Of a stretch of DNA of 64,000 nucleotides, positions 17,699-26,524 are shown in pieces. The stretch is from assembly GCA_049324235.1 (NCBI GenBank), contig JBMOLJ010000017.1, positions 45,701 through 109,700 of the forward strand, written 5' to 3'. The notes beneath the pieces are model-generated. The model made no database searches. It had not been told where the DNA came from and worked only from the letters and a program-made list of their open reading frames with translations. The stretch comes from Bacillota bacterium. Lineage in GTDB: Bacteria > Bacillota > Clostridia > Christensenellales > UBA1431. The stretch's first letter is position 1. Each line of letters begins with the position of its first letter. Both the position numbers and the translations under genes were made by a program.

Positions 17699-19567
17699 TT
17701 GGCGAAAAAACAGTTTAAGGCCGAATCCAAAAGGCTGCTGGACCTCATGATCAACTCGATCTATACGCACAAGGAGATTTTTTTAAGGGAACTCATTTCG
17801 AATGCAAGCGATGCTATAGACAAGATCTATTATAAGGCTTTGACAGATGAGAGCATTGGGTTCAATAAGGATGATTACTATATAAAGGTTTCTATTGATA
17901 AGGAAAACAGGATACTGAGGATTTCCGATACGGGAATCGGCATGACCAGGGAAGAACTGGAGGACAACCTTGGGATCATCGCAAAAAGCGGATCGCTGAC
18001 GTTCAAGAAGGAGAACGAATTAAAGGACGGATATGACATCATCGGCCAGTTCGGCGTCGGATTCTATTCGGCGTTCATGGTTTCCGATACCGTTACCGTC
18101 ATCAGCAGGGCGTTTGGCAGCGAGCAGGCTTTCAAATGGGAATCGAACGGTTCGGACGGCTACACCGTTGAACCGTATGAAAAGGACGCCGTCGGGACGG
18201 ACGTTATTCTTAAGATAAAGCCGAATACAGAAGAAGAAAACTATGATGCGTATCTTGAGGAATACAGGGTAAGGTCGATTATCAAGAAATACTCGGATTT
18301 TATAAGATACCCGATTAAAATGGATGTTACGGCGAGCAAGCTGAAGGAAGGCAGCGAGACGGAATACGAGAAGGTTGCCGAAGAACAGACGATCAACAGC
18401 ATGGTCCCCATTTGGAGAAAGAATAAAAACGAACTGACCGACGAGGATTACGAGAACTTCTATTCCGAAAAACACTATGGGTATGATAAGCCGGTAAAGC
18501 ACATCCATATCAGCGTTGACGGCGCTGTGCGGTATAACGCGATTTTGTTTATTCCTCAGAGCATTCCTTTTGACTACTATACGAAGGAATACGAAAAAGG
18601 GCTGGAACTGTATTCAAACGGTGTTCTCATTATGAATAAATGCCCGGACCTGCTGCCTGACTATTTCAGCTTCGTGAAAGGTCTGGTCGATTCCGAAGAC
18701 CTTTCCCTGAACATTTCCAGGGAGATACTCCAGCATGACAGGCAGCTCAAGCTCATTGCAAAGAACATCAGGAACAAGATCAAGAGCGAATTGCTGGCTA
18801 TGCTCAAAAACGAAAGGGAAGCATACGAAAAATTCTATGAATCCTTCGGAAGACAATTAAAGTTCGGCGTCTATAACGATTTCGGCAGCAACAGGGAAAT
18901 GCTGCAGGACCTGCTAATGTTTTATTCATCGACGCAGGAAAAGATGGTGACGCTGGACGAATACGTGGAAAGGATGCCGGAAGGCCAGAAATACATATAC
19001 TACGCTTCCGGTGAGACCTATGACCGGATCAAAAAACTGCCGCAGACCGAACTTGTGGCCGAAAAAGGATACGAAATACTGTACTTTACGGAAGATATCG
19101 ACGAGTTCGCGATCAGGATGCTGATAAACTATAAGGAAAAGGACTTCAAGTCGGTTTCAGGCGGCGACCTCGGCATTGAAACGGAAGAAAAGGCCACAGA
19201 GGATAAGGGCGATGCGGAGCTGTTTGCAAGCATGAAGGACATACTTTCCGATAAAGTGAAGGATGTCCGTGCATCCAGGCGTCTGAAGCGCCATCCCGTG
19301 TGCCTGACCAACGAGGGCGAGCTTTCCATAGAAATGGAAAAAATACTCAGCGCGATGCCCAACAACCCGCATATGAAAGCGGAAAAGGTTTTGGAAATCA
19401 ACGAGAACCACGAAGTGTTCAAGGCATTGAAAGACGCCTTTCAAAACGATAAGGAGAAATTCAGGCTTTACACGGACCTGTTATACTCTCAGGCGCTGCT
19501 CATCGAAGGCCTGCCTCTTCATGACCCCGTTGAATTCGCCGATAATCTGTGCAAGGTAATGGTGTGA
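17699..19567 (+). CDS. htpG: Molecular chaperone HtpG (Hsp90)
   Basis: Motifs [38 protein letters not shown] and [15 protein letters not shown] start at 17699, 8 nt after AAAGGAG. The track ORF begins 11 codons upstream. Confidence 0.92.
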   Translation: MAKKQFKAESKRLLDLMINSIYTHKEIFLRELISNASDAIDKIYYKALTDESIGFNKDDYYIKVSIDKENRILRISDTGIGMTREELEDNLGIIAKSGSLTFKKENELKDGYDIIGQFGVGFYSAFMVSDTVTVISRAFGSEQAFKWESNGSDGYTVEPYEKDAVGTDVILKIKPNTEEENYDAYLEEYRVRSIIKKYSDFIRYPIKMDVTASKLKEGSETEYEKVAEEQTINSMVPIWRKNKNELTDEDYENFYSEKHYGYDKPVKHIHISVDGAVRYNAILFIPQSIPFDYYTKEYEKGLELYSNGVLIMNKCPDLLPDYFSFVKGLVDSEDLSLNISREILQHDRQLKLIAKNIRNKIKSELLAMLKNEREAYEKFYESFGRQLKFGVYNDFGSNREMLQDLLMFYSSTQEKMVTLDEYVERMPEGQKYIYYASGETYDRIKKLPQTELVAEKGYEILYFTEDIDEFAIRMLINYKEKDFKSVSGGDLGIETEEKATEDKGDAELFASMKDILSDKVKDVRASRRLKRHPVCLTNEGELSIEMEKILSAMPNNPHMKAEKVLEINENHEVFKALKDAFQNDKEKFRLYTDLLYSQALLIEGLPLHDPVEFADNLCKVMV

Positions 19568-19570
19568 AAA

Positions 19571-19612
19571 AGAGCCGCTTGTCAGGGCCAGTGACCTGAT
19601 AAGCGGCTCTTC
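19571..19612 (+). terminator. Terminator hairpin after htpG
   Basis: The outer stem agagccgctt/aagcggctct extends through gtcagg/cctgat. It is followed by tcattca, a modest U-tract. Confidence 0.6.
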
Positions 19613-19667
19613 ATTCATGGAGATTATTAAGCAGGAATTTCGGCGGGCGATATGTAATACTGGAAAT

Positions 19668-19814
19668 AATTAGGGCATACTGAATAAGTCGTTTTACGAC
19701 TTATTCAGTGCGGGCAATTGCCCGCACTGAAATTCTAATGCCTTAATTACGCCGCCTGAATAACACAAAAATACCTCTATAGCCGCATAGCGGCGGCATT
19801 TTTGTGTTATTCAG
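19668..19814. repeat. Cluster of nested and tandem perfect inverted repeats (a structured element)
   Basis: An outer pairing aattagggcat (19668-78) / atgccttaatt (19738-48) matches 10 of 11. It encloses hairpin ctgaataagtcg-tttt-acgacttattcag (19680-19708) and the palindrome agtgcgggcaattgcccgcact (19707-19728). A third hairpin follows: ctgaataacacaaaaat...atttttgtgttattcag (19756-19814). Confidence 0.6.
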
Positions 19815-19914
19815 CAAGGTCTAATTGCCGGACAGCCTTTCAGAGACGGTTGAAAGTGTGCCACAAGAAAAACCTGTTTCAGGGAAATAATATGAGTGAT
19901 CGGATGGTGATAAC

Positions 19915-21321
19915 ATGAATGCTTTTGCCGTACGCGCGGGATATCTGCTCCCGCATCCTCCCATAATCGTTCCCGGGGTCGGCGGGGGAAGGGAAACTGA
20001 GGCAGCTAAAACGATCGCTTCCATGGAAAGAGTGGCGGAGGAAATCGGACGGCTGCGTCCCGATACCGTCGTGCTGCTTTCCCCGCACGCGCCGGTTTTC
20101 AGCGATTATGCGTTCATGTACGATGCGCCTGTACTGAAAGGGGACCTGAAACAGTTCGGCACAAATGCCGAAGTCTCTTTTCATCAGGACAGCGCGTTGC
20201 GCGTGGAGATTGAGCGCCGGATGCAAGCAAACGGCATACCGGGCGGCGCGCTGGACGAATCGGTGATGCGCAGGAATCAGATCAAAAACACGCTTGATCA
20301 TGGCGCCGTGGTTCCGCTGTATTTTGCCGGGGCGAAATACAGCGGATTCAAGCTCGTCGTGCTGTCGGCGCCGGCGCTGGACATGCAGATGCTCTACAGG
20401 CTGGGGTACGTGATACGGGAAGCGGCTGAAGCTCTGGGCAGGAAGATTGCGGTCGTTGCCAGCGGCGACCTCTCGCACAGGGTCAATGCAGAAAGCCCGT
20501 ACGGGGCCTGCCCGGAAGGAGAACAGTTCGACAGTTTTATCAACGGTTCGCTGGAGGCTAACGATATTCCAAGGCTGCTGTCCGTTGACCATGCCCTGAG
20601 GGAGAAGGCGGGAGAGTGCGGCTACCGCCCGCTGGTCATGCTTTGCGGAGCGTTTGACGGGGTCAGGGCCGGTATACAGGTGCTGTCCTACGAAGCGCCG
20701 TTTGGCATCGGCTACGGCGTAGCAGCGTTCAGGCCCGTGGCCTATAGCGGTACCAGCGCGTTTGATGAGGCGCGGACGATGATTTCGAAAGGCAAAAACG
20801 AAAGCATGCATGTGCGGATAGCCCGTAAAACGCTTGAGAGCTATGTTCGGGACGGCAGGACGCCTGAACCTAAAGATTTCTTGGAATACGGAGAGGATGC
20901 GGGAATTTTCAGCCAACCGGCAGGCGTGTTCGTGTCCATCAAAAAATTCGGGGAGCTTCGGGGATGCATCGGTACTACGGGACCAACCACGGATTCCGTA
21001 GCGGAAGAGATCATCCAGAACGCGGTCAGCGCCGGTACGCGCGACCCGCGTTTTCCTCCTGTGACCGCCGACGAACTGGAATATCTGGATTACAGCGTCG
21101 ATGTGTTGAATCCGCCGCAGCCTGTTTCGTCCAAGGATGAGCTGGACCCTTCGGTGTACGGCGTAATCGTAGAAAATGGCTATCGAAGGGGCCTGCTCCT
21201 GCCCGATCTCGAGGGCGTGGACACCGTGGAAAGGCAGCTTGAAATCGCCTGCAAGAAAGCGGGAATAGACCCTGAGGGGGAATATGAAATTTCGAAGTTC
21301 ACCGTTACGAGATACAGGTAG
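19915..21321 (+). CDS. Fusion protein: class-III extradiol dioxygenase subunit-B-like (LigB/Memo superfamily) domain plus an AMMECR1 domain (AmmeMemoRadiSam system protein A-like)
   Basis: N-terminal half: [32 protein letters not shown]-terminal half: [18 protein letters not shown]...RDPRFPPV...[18 protein letters not shown], which are AMMECR1 hallmarks. Confidence 0.8.
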   Translation: MNAFAVRAGYLLPHPPIIVPGVGGGRETEAAKTIASMERVAEEIGRLRPDTVVLLSPHAPVFSDYAFMYDAPVLKGDLKQFGTNAEVSFHQDSALRVEIERRMQANGIPGGALDESVMRRNQIKNTLDHGAVVPLYFAGAKYSGFKLVVLSAPALDMQMLYRLGYVIREAAEALGRKIAVVASGDLSHRVNAESPYGACPEGEQFDSFINGSLEANDIPRLLSVDHALREKAGECGYRPLVMLCGAFDGVRAGIQVLSYEAPFGIGYGVAAFRPVAYSGTSAFDEARTMISKGKNESMHVRIARKTLESYVRDGRTPEPKDFLEYGEDAGIFSQPAGVFVSIKKFGELRGCIGTTGPTTDSVAEEIIQNAVSAGTRDPRFPPVTADELEYLDYSVDVLNPPQPVSSKDELDPSVYGVIVENGYRRGLLLPDLEGVDTVERQLEIACKKAGIDPEGEYEISKFTVTRYR

Positions 21322-21338
21322 AGCGGGGTGAGATGCGT

Positions 21339-22196
21339 ATGAAACAGGCCATGTATTATGAAAAAATGGATGAAACCATGGTCAAATGCATGCTCTGTCC
21401 GCACGGCTGCCGTCTAAAGCCCGGACAGACGGGGATTTGCCATGCGCGCAAAAACATTGACGGCGACCTGTTTTCCCTGAACTATGGAAAGGTAACAGCT
21501 CTTGCGCTCGACCCGATAGAGAAAAAGCCGCTGAAGCGGTTTTTCCCCGGGAGCATGATTCTTTCGGTCGGGAGCTTTGGTTGCAACCTCAAATGCTCTT
21601 TTTGCCAGAATTGGCAGATATCCCAGTCGGAACAGGCTGGTAGGGACGCCACGCCCGAAGAACTGGCAGCGGCGGCGCAAAAGGCGGCCGATGCCGGAAA
21701 CAACATCGGGTTGGCGTATACCTACAACGAGCCGTCGATCTGGTATGAATTCGTATACGAATGCGCCGCGTTGGCGCATGAGCGCGGCCTGAAAAACGTT
21801 TTGGTCACCAATGGCTATATATCCAAAGAACCTATGGAGATGCTTCTGCCTCACATCGATGCAATGAATATAGATCTGAAATCTATGACCTCCGGGTTTT
21901 ACCGCAGCCTGTGCAAAGGGGAGATTGGGTTCGTGCAGGATACAATCAGGCTGTGCGCCGATGCCTGCCACGTCGAGGTGACGACCCTGCTCATTCCAGG
22001 GGAAAACGATTCGGAGGATGAGGTACGCGCCCTGTCTCAATGGCTTGCGTCGGTTTCGCCGGAGATTCCGCTGCACCTGACGAGATACCATCCCGACTAC
22101 AGGATGGGAAAACCGCAGATGGAAAGGGAAAGGCTGTTTGACCTGGCTGAGATTGCGGGGAAAACCCTGCGCTATGTTTTCTGCGGCAACGTTTAA
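21339..22196 (+). CDS. AmmeMemoRadiSam-system radical SAM enzyme (PflA-like activase family)
   Basis: N-terminal Cys-rich KCMLCPHGCRLKPGQTGICHAR and the radical-SAM CNLKCSFCQNW (CxxxCxxC). ATG at 21339 after GGGGTGAG, 18 nt after the upstream stop. Confidence 0.8.
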   Translation: MKQAMYYEKMDETMVKCMLCPHGCRLKPGQTGICHARKNIDGDLFSLNYGKVTALALDPIEKKPLKRFFPGSMILSVGSFGCNLKCSFCQNWQISQSEQAGRDATPEELAAAAQKAADAGNNIGLAYTYNEPSIWYEFVYECAALAHERGLKNVLVTNGYISKEPMEMLLPHIDAMNIDLKSMTSGFYRSLCKGEIGFVQDTIRLCADACHVEVTTLLIPGENDSEDEVRALSQWLASVSPEIPLHLTRYHPDYRMGKPQMERERLFDLAEIAGKTLRYVFCGNV

Positions 22197-22240
22197 GTAT
22201 ACTGTTATTATGCATATTAAACCGGCCATATCCAAAGGTG

Positions 22241-22267
22241 AAACCGCGATAATCATCGCGGTTTTTT
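22241..22267 (+). terminator. Intrinsic terminator
   Basis: aaaccgcgat-aatc-atcgcggttt followed by ttt. Confidence 0.8.
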
Positions 22268-22304
22268 GGTACACATTTTCCCTGTTATTTATAACATTTA
22301 TACC

Positions 22305-22333
22305 TTGACATCCTGCGTTGCTGTTACTATATT
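22305..22333 (+). promoter_or_regulatory. Promoter of the kinase-HAD-kinase operon
   Basis: TTGACA (22305-10), 17-nt spacer, TATATT (22328-33). Confidence 0.6.
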
Positions 22334-22341
22334 ATAATTAC

Positions 22342-22364
22342 ATTCAGTATTCTGAATAATGAAT
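22342..22364 (+). promoter_or_regulatory. 23-bp palindromic operator, copy 1
   Basis: In ATTCAGTATTCTGAATAATGAAT, 10 of 11 symmetric positions pair (ATTCAnTATTC-N-GAATAnTGAAT). It starts 9 nt after the -10. The 24-nt string cattcagtattctgaataatgaat is identical at 26478-26501. Confidence 0.7.
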
Positions 22365-22503
22365 CAATATACGCTATGTGCGTATTTGTAAAGTCGGTTT
22401 TGCCACATAAAGGTTGTATACCAGATTCAAAAGGTACAATTACGGCAAGGGTGCTCAAAAAACCGGAATGATTTTGCTCCAATAAATTAAAGGAGGACTT
22501 ATC

Positions 22504-24039
22504 ATGGCGAAGTACTATGTCAGTTTTGATTGCGGTACGCAAAGCACAAAAACGGCGATTTATAGGGATGATACGGTTTGCATTGCGGAGGAGTCCATAC
22601 CGACCATAATCAACTATCCTGTCGCCGGATGGGCGGAGATGGACGCCGATCACTATCTGCAATCGGTGCGGGAGGGCATCAAAAGTTGCCTGCAAAAGAG
22701 CGGGATCGACCCGAACGATATCCGCGCCATCTGCGGCGACGGCATCATCTGCGGAATCGTAGGCGTGGACGGGGACGGAAATGCGATCACGCCGTATATT
22801 CCTTATCTGGACTCACGCGGGGCCGAGGACGCAAAATGGATCAGGAACAACCTGGAGCCGATATGGATTGAGGAAAGCGGAAACGCCATTGTTGACGCGT
22901 TCGAACCGCCGGTGATAGCGCGCTGGCTGATCAAAAACCATGATGAGTTCAAAAAGCGCGGCGCAAAGGTCCTGAACAACGGGCCGTACGTCCTGTCGCG
23001 TCTTGCAAAGCTGAAAGCCGAAGATACCTTTATCGATTGGGCTACGCTTTCGGGGTGGCTGATCGGCTATGACGCGGCTGCGAAAACCTGGTCCAGGAAG
23101 CAGATGGACAGCCTTGGCATCCCGATGAACCTGCTTCCCAAAATCGTTAAGCCATGGGACATCGTAGGGACGCTTTGCGCCGAGGAAGCAGCGCTTATAG
23201 GCCTGCCTGCAGGCATCCCCATTGCAGCGGGTGCGGGTGATACCATGCAGTCCAACTTGGGCTGCGGGCTGGTCGAGGCAGGGATGGCCGCCGACGTTGC
23301 CGGAACGGCGGCGATGTTCACGGTCATGGTTAACGGAATCAACGAAAACCTGAGCCGCAATTCCGGGCTGTTCTATTCCATCGGCACGCTGCCCGACACC
23401 TACTTCTATTGGGGGTACATCCGTACAGGCGGCCTGTCATTAAGGTGGTTCAGGGATAATGTCTGCAAAAGAGAAGGGGACAACACATTCTACGATGAAA
23501 TCCAGGAAGCAGCCAAAAACGTTCCTGCAGGTTCGAACGGCACGCTGTTCTTCCCGTACCTGCAGGGCGGGAGCGGCAGCCTGGAAAATGCCAGCGGCTG
23601 TTTCGTCAATCTGACAACCGCTTCCGACCGCGGGGAAATGTGGAGGGCAATACTCGAATCGATCGCGTACGAGTATCTGTCCCAGGCCGACAGTATGAGG
23701 GCGCATGGCATTGGCATCGACCGCGTGATCATCACGGAAGGCGGGAGCAAAAGTGACCTGTGGAACCAGATCAAGGCCGACGTGTTCGACGCCAAAACGC
23801 TCACGCTTACCAGGGCGGAAGGGGCCGTAATGGCCAACGCCCTCGTTGCCGCCTATGCGGTGGGGGATATACCGGACCTGAAAAAAGCCGTTGTCGAACA
23901 GGTTGCGATTAAAAACACATATTCGCCTGATACGGAAAACACGAAATACTACAGAAAGGCGTTTGAACTCCAGCAAAAACTCATCAGGGAGAAAATGACC
24001 GGGGCGTTCGACAGCCTCGCCGAACTCAGGAGAATTTGA
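22504..24039 (+). CDS. FGGY-family carbohydrate kinase (paralog 1)
   Basis: N-terminal SFDCGTQSTK (actin-fold phosphate-1 motif), GWAEMD, GAGDTMQ and the C-terminal FGGY_C pattern ITEGGSKSDLWNQIKADV. AAAGGAGG RBS. Confidence 0.85.
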   Translation: MAKYYVSFDCGTQSTKTAIYRDDTVCIAEESIPTIINYPVAGWAEMDADHYLQSVREGIKSCLQKSGIDPNDIRAICGDGIICGIVGVDGDGNAITPYIPYLDSRGAEDAKWIRNNLEPIWIEESGNAIVDAFEPPVIARWLIKNHDEFKKRGAKVLNNGPYVLSRLAKLKAEDTFIDWATLSGWLIGYDAAAKTWSRKQMDSLGIPMNLLPKIVKPWDIVGTLCAEEAALIGLPAGIPIAAGAGDTMQSNLGCGLVEAGMAADVAGTAAMFTVMVNGINENLSRNSGLFYSIGTLPDTYFYWGYIRTGGLSLRWFRDNVCKREGDNTFYDEIQEAAKNVPAGSNGTLFFPYLQGGSGSLENASGCFVNLTTASDRGEMWRAILESIAYEYLSQADSMRAHGIGIDRVIITEGGSKSDLWNQIKADVFDAKTLTLTRAEGAVMANALVAAYAVGDIPDLKKAVVEQVAIKNTYSPDTENTKYYRKAFELQQKLIREKMTGAFDSLAELRRI

Positions 24040-24044
24040 AACTG

Positions 24045-24076
24045 ATAAGGTGCGGCCTGAGAAGGCCGCACCTTAT
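24045..24076 (+). other. Strong intra-operon stem-loop
   Basis: A 13-bp perfect stem ataaggtgcggcc-tgagaa-ggccgcaccttat with no U-tract, between kinase 1 and the HAD gene. Confidence 0.5.
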
Positions 24077-24102
24077 GAAAAAGCATTTTAAGGAGAGCAC
24101 AG

Positions 24103-24798
24103 ATGAAGGTTGCCATTTTGGATTTCGACGGAACGCTTTTTGATTCTGCGCCGTTCTGGGAGAATACGATCAATACCTTTTTGCTGGAGCGGAACATCAC
24201 GCCGCCTCAGGACATTCTGGGCATTGCAAAACCTCTCGGCATCAGGGGCTGCGCGGAGCTGTTCAAAGAAAGGTTTGATATACCGGATGATACCATGGAG
24301 ATCGTGACTGCCTGGCGGTCGGAGGTAGGTAAGAACTACCGGTATACCATACCGCTCAAGGAATATGCCCGTGAGTACATCAATTATCTTCTGGACAAGG
24401 GGATCAAGGTCTGCATGGCAACGGCCATGGAACGGGAATTTTTCACCCCCGCCCTCATCCGCACGGGCATCTATGATCTTTTTGAACTGATCGTCACCAT
24501 CGAGGATGTAAAGGCGGACAAGAACAGCCCGAAGATATTCCTTCACTGTGCGGAGCATTTCGGGGTTACTCCCGCGGATTGCACCGTATTCGAGGATTCC
24601 TACAAAACCGCAGAAATCTGTCAAAAGGCAGGCTTTCATGTGATAGGCGTGGACGACGGCGTGTGCAAGAGCGATTTCGAAAAGATGCAGCCGTTTTGCG
24701 AGAGGTATATTTTCTCGTTCCGCGAATTGCTGGACGGGTATGAACCTGCGCCCAACATAGAAATGGAGCGGGCCAAAGATGCTATTGACGTTCTATAA
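24103..24798 (+). CDS. HAD-IA superfamily hydrolase (phosphatase / beta-phosphoglucomutase-like)
   Basis: Motif I DFDGTLFDS, motif II ATAM, and motifs III/IV K...FEDS. TAAGGAGAG RBS. Confidence 0.8.
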   Translation: MKVAILDFDGTLFDSAPFWENTINTFLLERNITPPQDILGIAKPLGIRGCAELFKERFDIPDDTMEIVTAWRSEVGKNYRYTIPLKEYAREYINYLLDKGIKVCMATAMEREFFTPALIRTGIYDLFELIVTIEDVKADKNSPKIFLHCAEHFGVTPADCTVFEDSYKTAEICQKAGFHVIGVDDGVCKSDFEKMQPFCERYIFSFRELLDGYEPAPNIEMERAKDAIDVL

Positions 24799-24858
24799 CT
24801 GAACAAAAATTTGTCAACGATACAAAAGTGCCTGATAAATTGAATAGGAGGAATGGTT

Positions 24859-26415
24859 ATGCCTAAGTATGTGGCAGGAATTGACGCCGGTACGACAGGG
24901 ACGACAGTGATGATAGCGGACACCGCGGGAAACGTCGTTGGGAGCGCATACAGGGAATATGCCTGTATTTACCGGCATCCTGGCTGGGTGGAGCAGGATA
25001 TGAATGCGATTTGGACGGCGATATGCGAAGCTTCCAGGGAAGCGATCGCGAAAACCGGCGTGGACCCCAGGGATATCGGTTCATTGGGCTTATCCAGCCA
25101 GCGCGGGACCTTTGCGGCCATAGACAGGGACTGGAACGCGCTGCATGATTCCATCGTGTGGTGTGACATGCGCGCGGGCGAGGAAGTGGAGTGGATAAAG
25201 AACAATATCGGCGCCGACAGGTTCCACGATATTACCGGCCTGCCCCTTTCAGGGCTGTGGTCTTTCGCCAAATTCAAGTGGGTGATGGACAAAAATCCCG
25301 AAATCTATGAAAAGGCGTGGAAGTTTGTAAACGGGCAGGAATGGTTCCTGCACAAGCTGGGTTCCGAGGTGCTTTTCTCCGATCCCGCATCGCTGACGAT
25401 GAACGGTATGATGGACATCTCCAAACTGCAATGGTCGGACGAGCTTTTACACGCTATCGAATTTGATACGGACAAGCTGCCTCCTATTTCCACGCCGATG
25501 ACGCAAATGGGCGTGATTTCCAAACAGGCGGCTGAAGCAACGGGCTTCGCGGAGGGCATGCCGATCTGTTCGGGCGGGGGCGACCAGCAGTGCGCGGCCA
25601 TTGGTTCGGGCGTTATCCGCGAGGGGCTTTCGGAAATAACGATCGGGACATCCTCGGTCATGGTGGCGCATGTGGACAGCAGCAAGCCCGACCCGGACCA
25701 GGCCGTTTTCTTTGGGGGTCATGCCATACCGCACAAGTGGGATATGGAAGGCGGCGCTTCCTCATCGGGCGTAAACCTGCGGTGGTGGAGAGATACATAT
25801 GCGCAGGCTGAAATCGGCCTTGCAAAGTCCATGGGGACAGACCCCTATGAGCTGATCGGCATGCAGGCCGAGAAAGCGCCGGTCGGCTGCAAGGGCTATA
25901 TGGTTTTCCCGTTCATGACAGGGCAGGTTACCCCGTATTATGTTGACAACGCGCGGGGCGGATCCCTCGGGCTTTCCCTGATACACGACCGCTCCATGAT
26001 GGCGCGTGCGGTCATGGAAGGCGCGGCCTTTGAACTGCGCATGATCGTAGCCGCGATGGAAAAGGTGCTGGGCAAGCCGTTTGACGCCGTCAGGCTTTCG
26101 GGCGGCGGAGCCAAGTCGCCGTTATGGTGCCAGATACAGGCGGACATGTACGGAAGGCCTGTCGAGCAGCTCAGGACGCAGGAGTGCACCACGCTCGGAG
26201 CGGCCATACTGGGCGCTGCGGGAGCCGGTTTATTCGCGGGCATAGAGGAAGCGGTTGAAAACATGGTGCATCCGTTCGGTATGATTGAACCGAATATGTC
26301 CAATCACGGAATATATACCGACATGTTTGAAATTTTCAGGAACGCTTTCCTGGCGCTTCGCGACGCGAATGTATATAATGATCTGGCTGCGGTGTCCGCA
26401 AAACATTGGGGCTAA
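24859..26415 (+). CDS. FGGY-family carbohydrate kinase (paralog 2)
   Basis: Motifs GIDAGTTGTT, GWVEQD, SQRGTF, GGGDQQCAAIG and LSGGGAKSPLWCQIQADM. I prefer the ATG at 24859, 7 nt after AGGAGG; the track start at 24853 abuts the RBS. Confidence 0.85.
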   Translation: MPKYVAGIDAGTTGTTVMIADTAGNVVGSAYREYACIYRHPGWVEQDMNAIWTAICEASREAIAKTGVDPRDIGSLGLSSQRGTFAAIDRDWNALHDSIVWCDMRAGEEVEWIKNNIGADRFHDITGLPLSGLWSFAKFKWVMDKNPEIYEKAWKFVNGQEWFLHKLGSEVLFSDPASLTMNGMMDISKLQWSDELLHAIEFDTDKLPPISTPMTQMGVISKQAAEATGFAEGMPICSGGGDQQCAAIGSGVIREGLSEITIGTSSVMVAHVDSSKPDPDQAVFFGGHAIPHKWDMEGGASSSGVNLRWWRDTYAQAEIGLAKSMGTDPYELIGMQAEKAPVGCKGYMVFPFMTGQVTPYYVDNARGGSLGLSLIHDRSMMARAVMEGAAFELRMIVAAMEKVLGKPFDAVRLSGGGAKSPLWCQIQADMYGRPVEQLRTQECTTLGAAILGAAGAGLFAGIEEAVENMVHPFGMIEPNMSNHGIYTDMFEIFRNAFLALRDANVYNDLAAVSAKHWG

Positions 26416-26438
26416 CTCGGCAAAATCAGTAATAGGTA

Positions 26439-26466
26439 TTGACATACGCGTATATATAATTATAGT
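26439..26466 (+). promoter_or_regulatory. Promoter of the RuBisCO-like protein gene
   Basis: TTGACA (26439-44), 16-nt spacer, TATAGT (26461-66). Confidence 0.55.
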
Positions 26467-26478
26467 ATAAAAAGCAGC

Positions 26479-26501
26479 ATTCAGTATTCTGAATAATGAA
26501 T
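26479..26501 (+). promoter_or_regulatory. 23-bp palindromic operator, copy 2
   Basis: ATTCAGTATTCTGAATAATGAAT, identical to 22342-22364. It lies 13 nt after the -10 and 23 nt before the RLP start codon. Confidence 0.7.
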
Positions 26502-26524
26502 TAATTGTTAAGGAGGAGCATGGT

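Noticed and set aside
19680-19814. Treating the CTGAATAA...TTATTCAG hairpins as further copies of the 23-bp operator found at 22342 and 26479.
   Set aside because: Only an AT-rich octamer is shared. The overall palindrome (ATTCAnTATTC-N-GAATAnTGAAT) is not reproduced, so the similarity may be chance.
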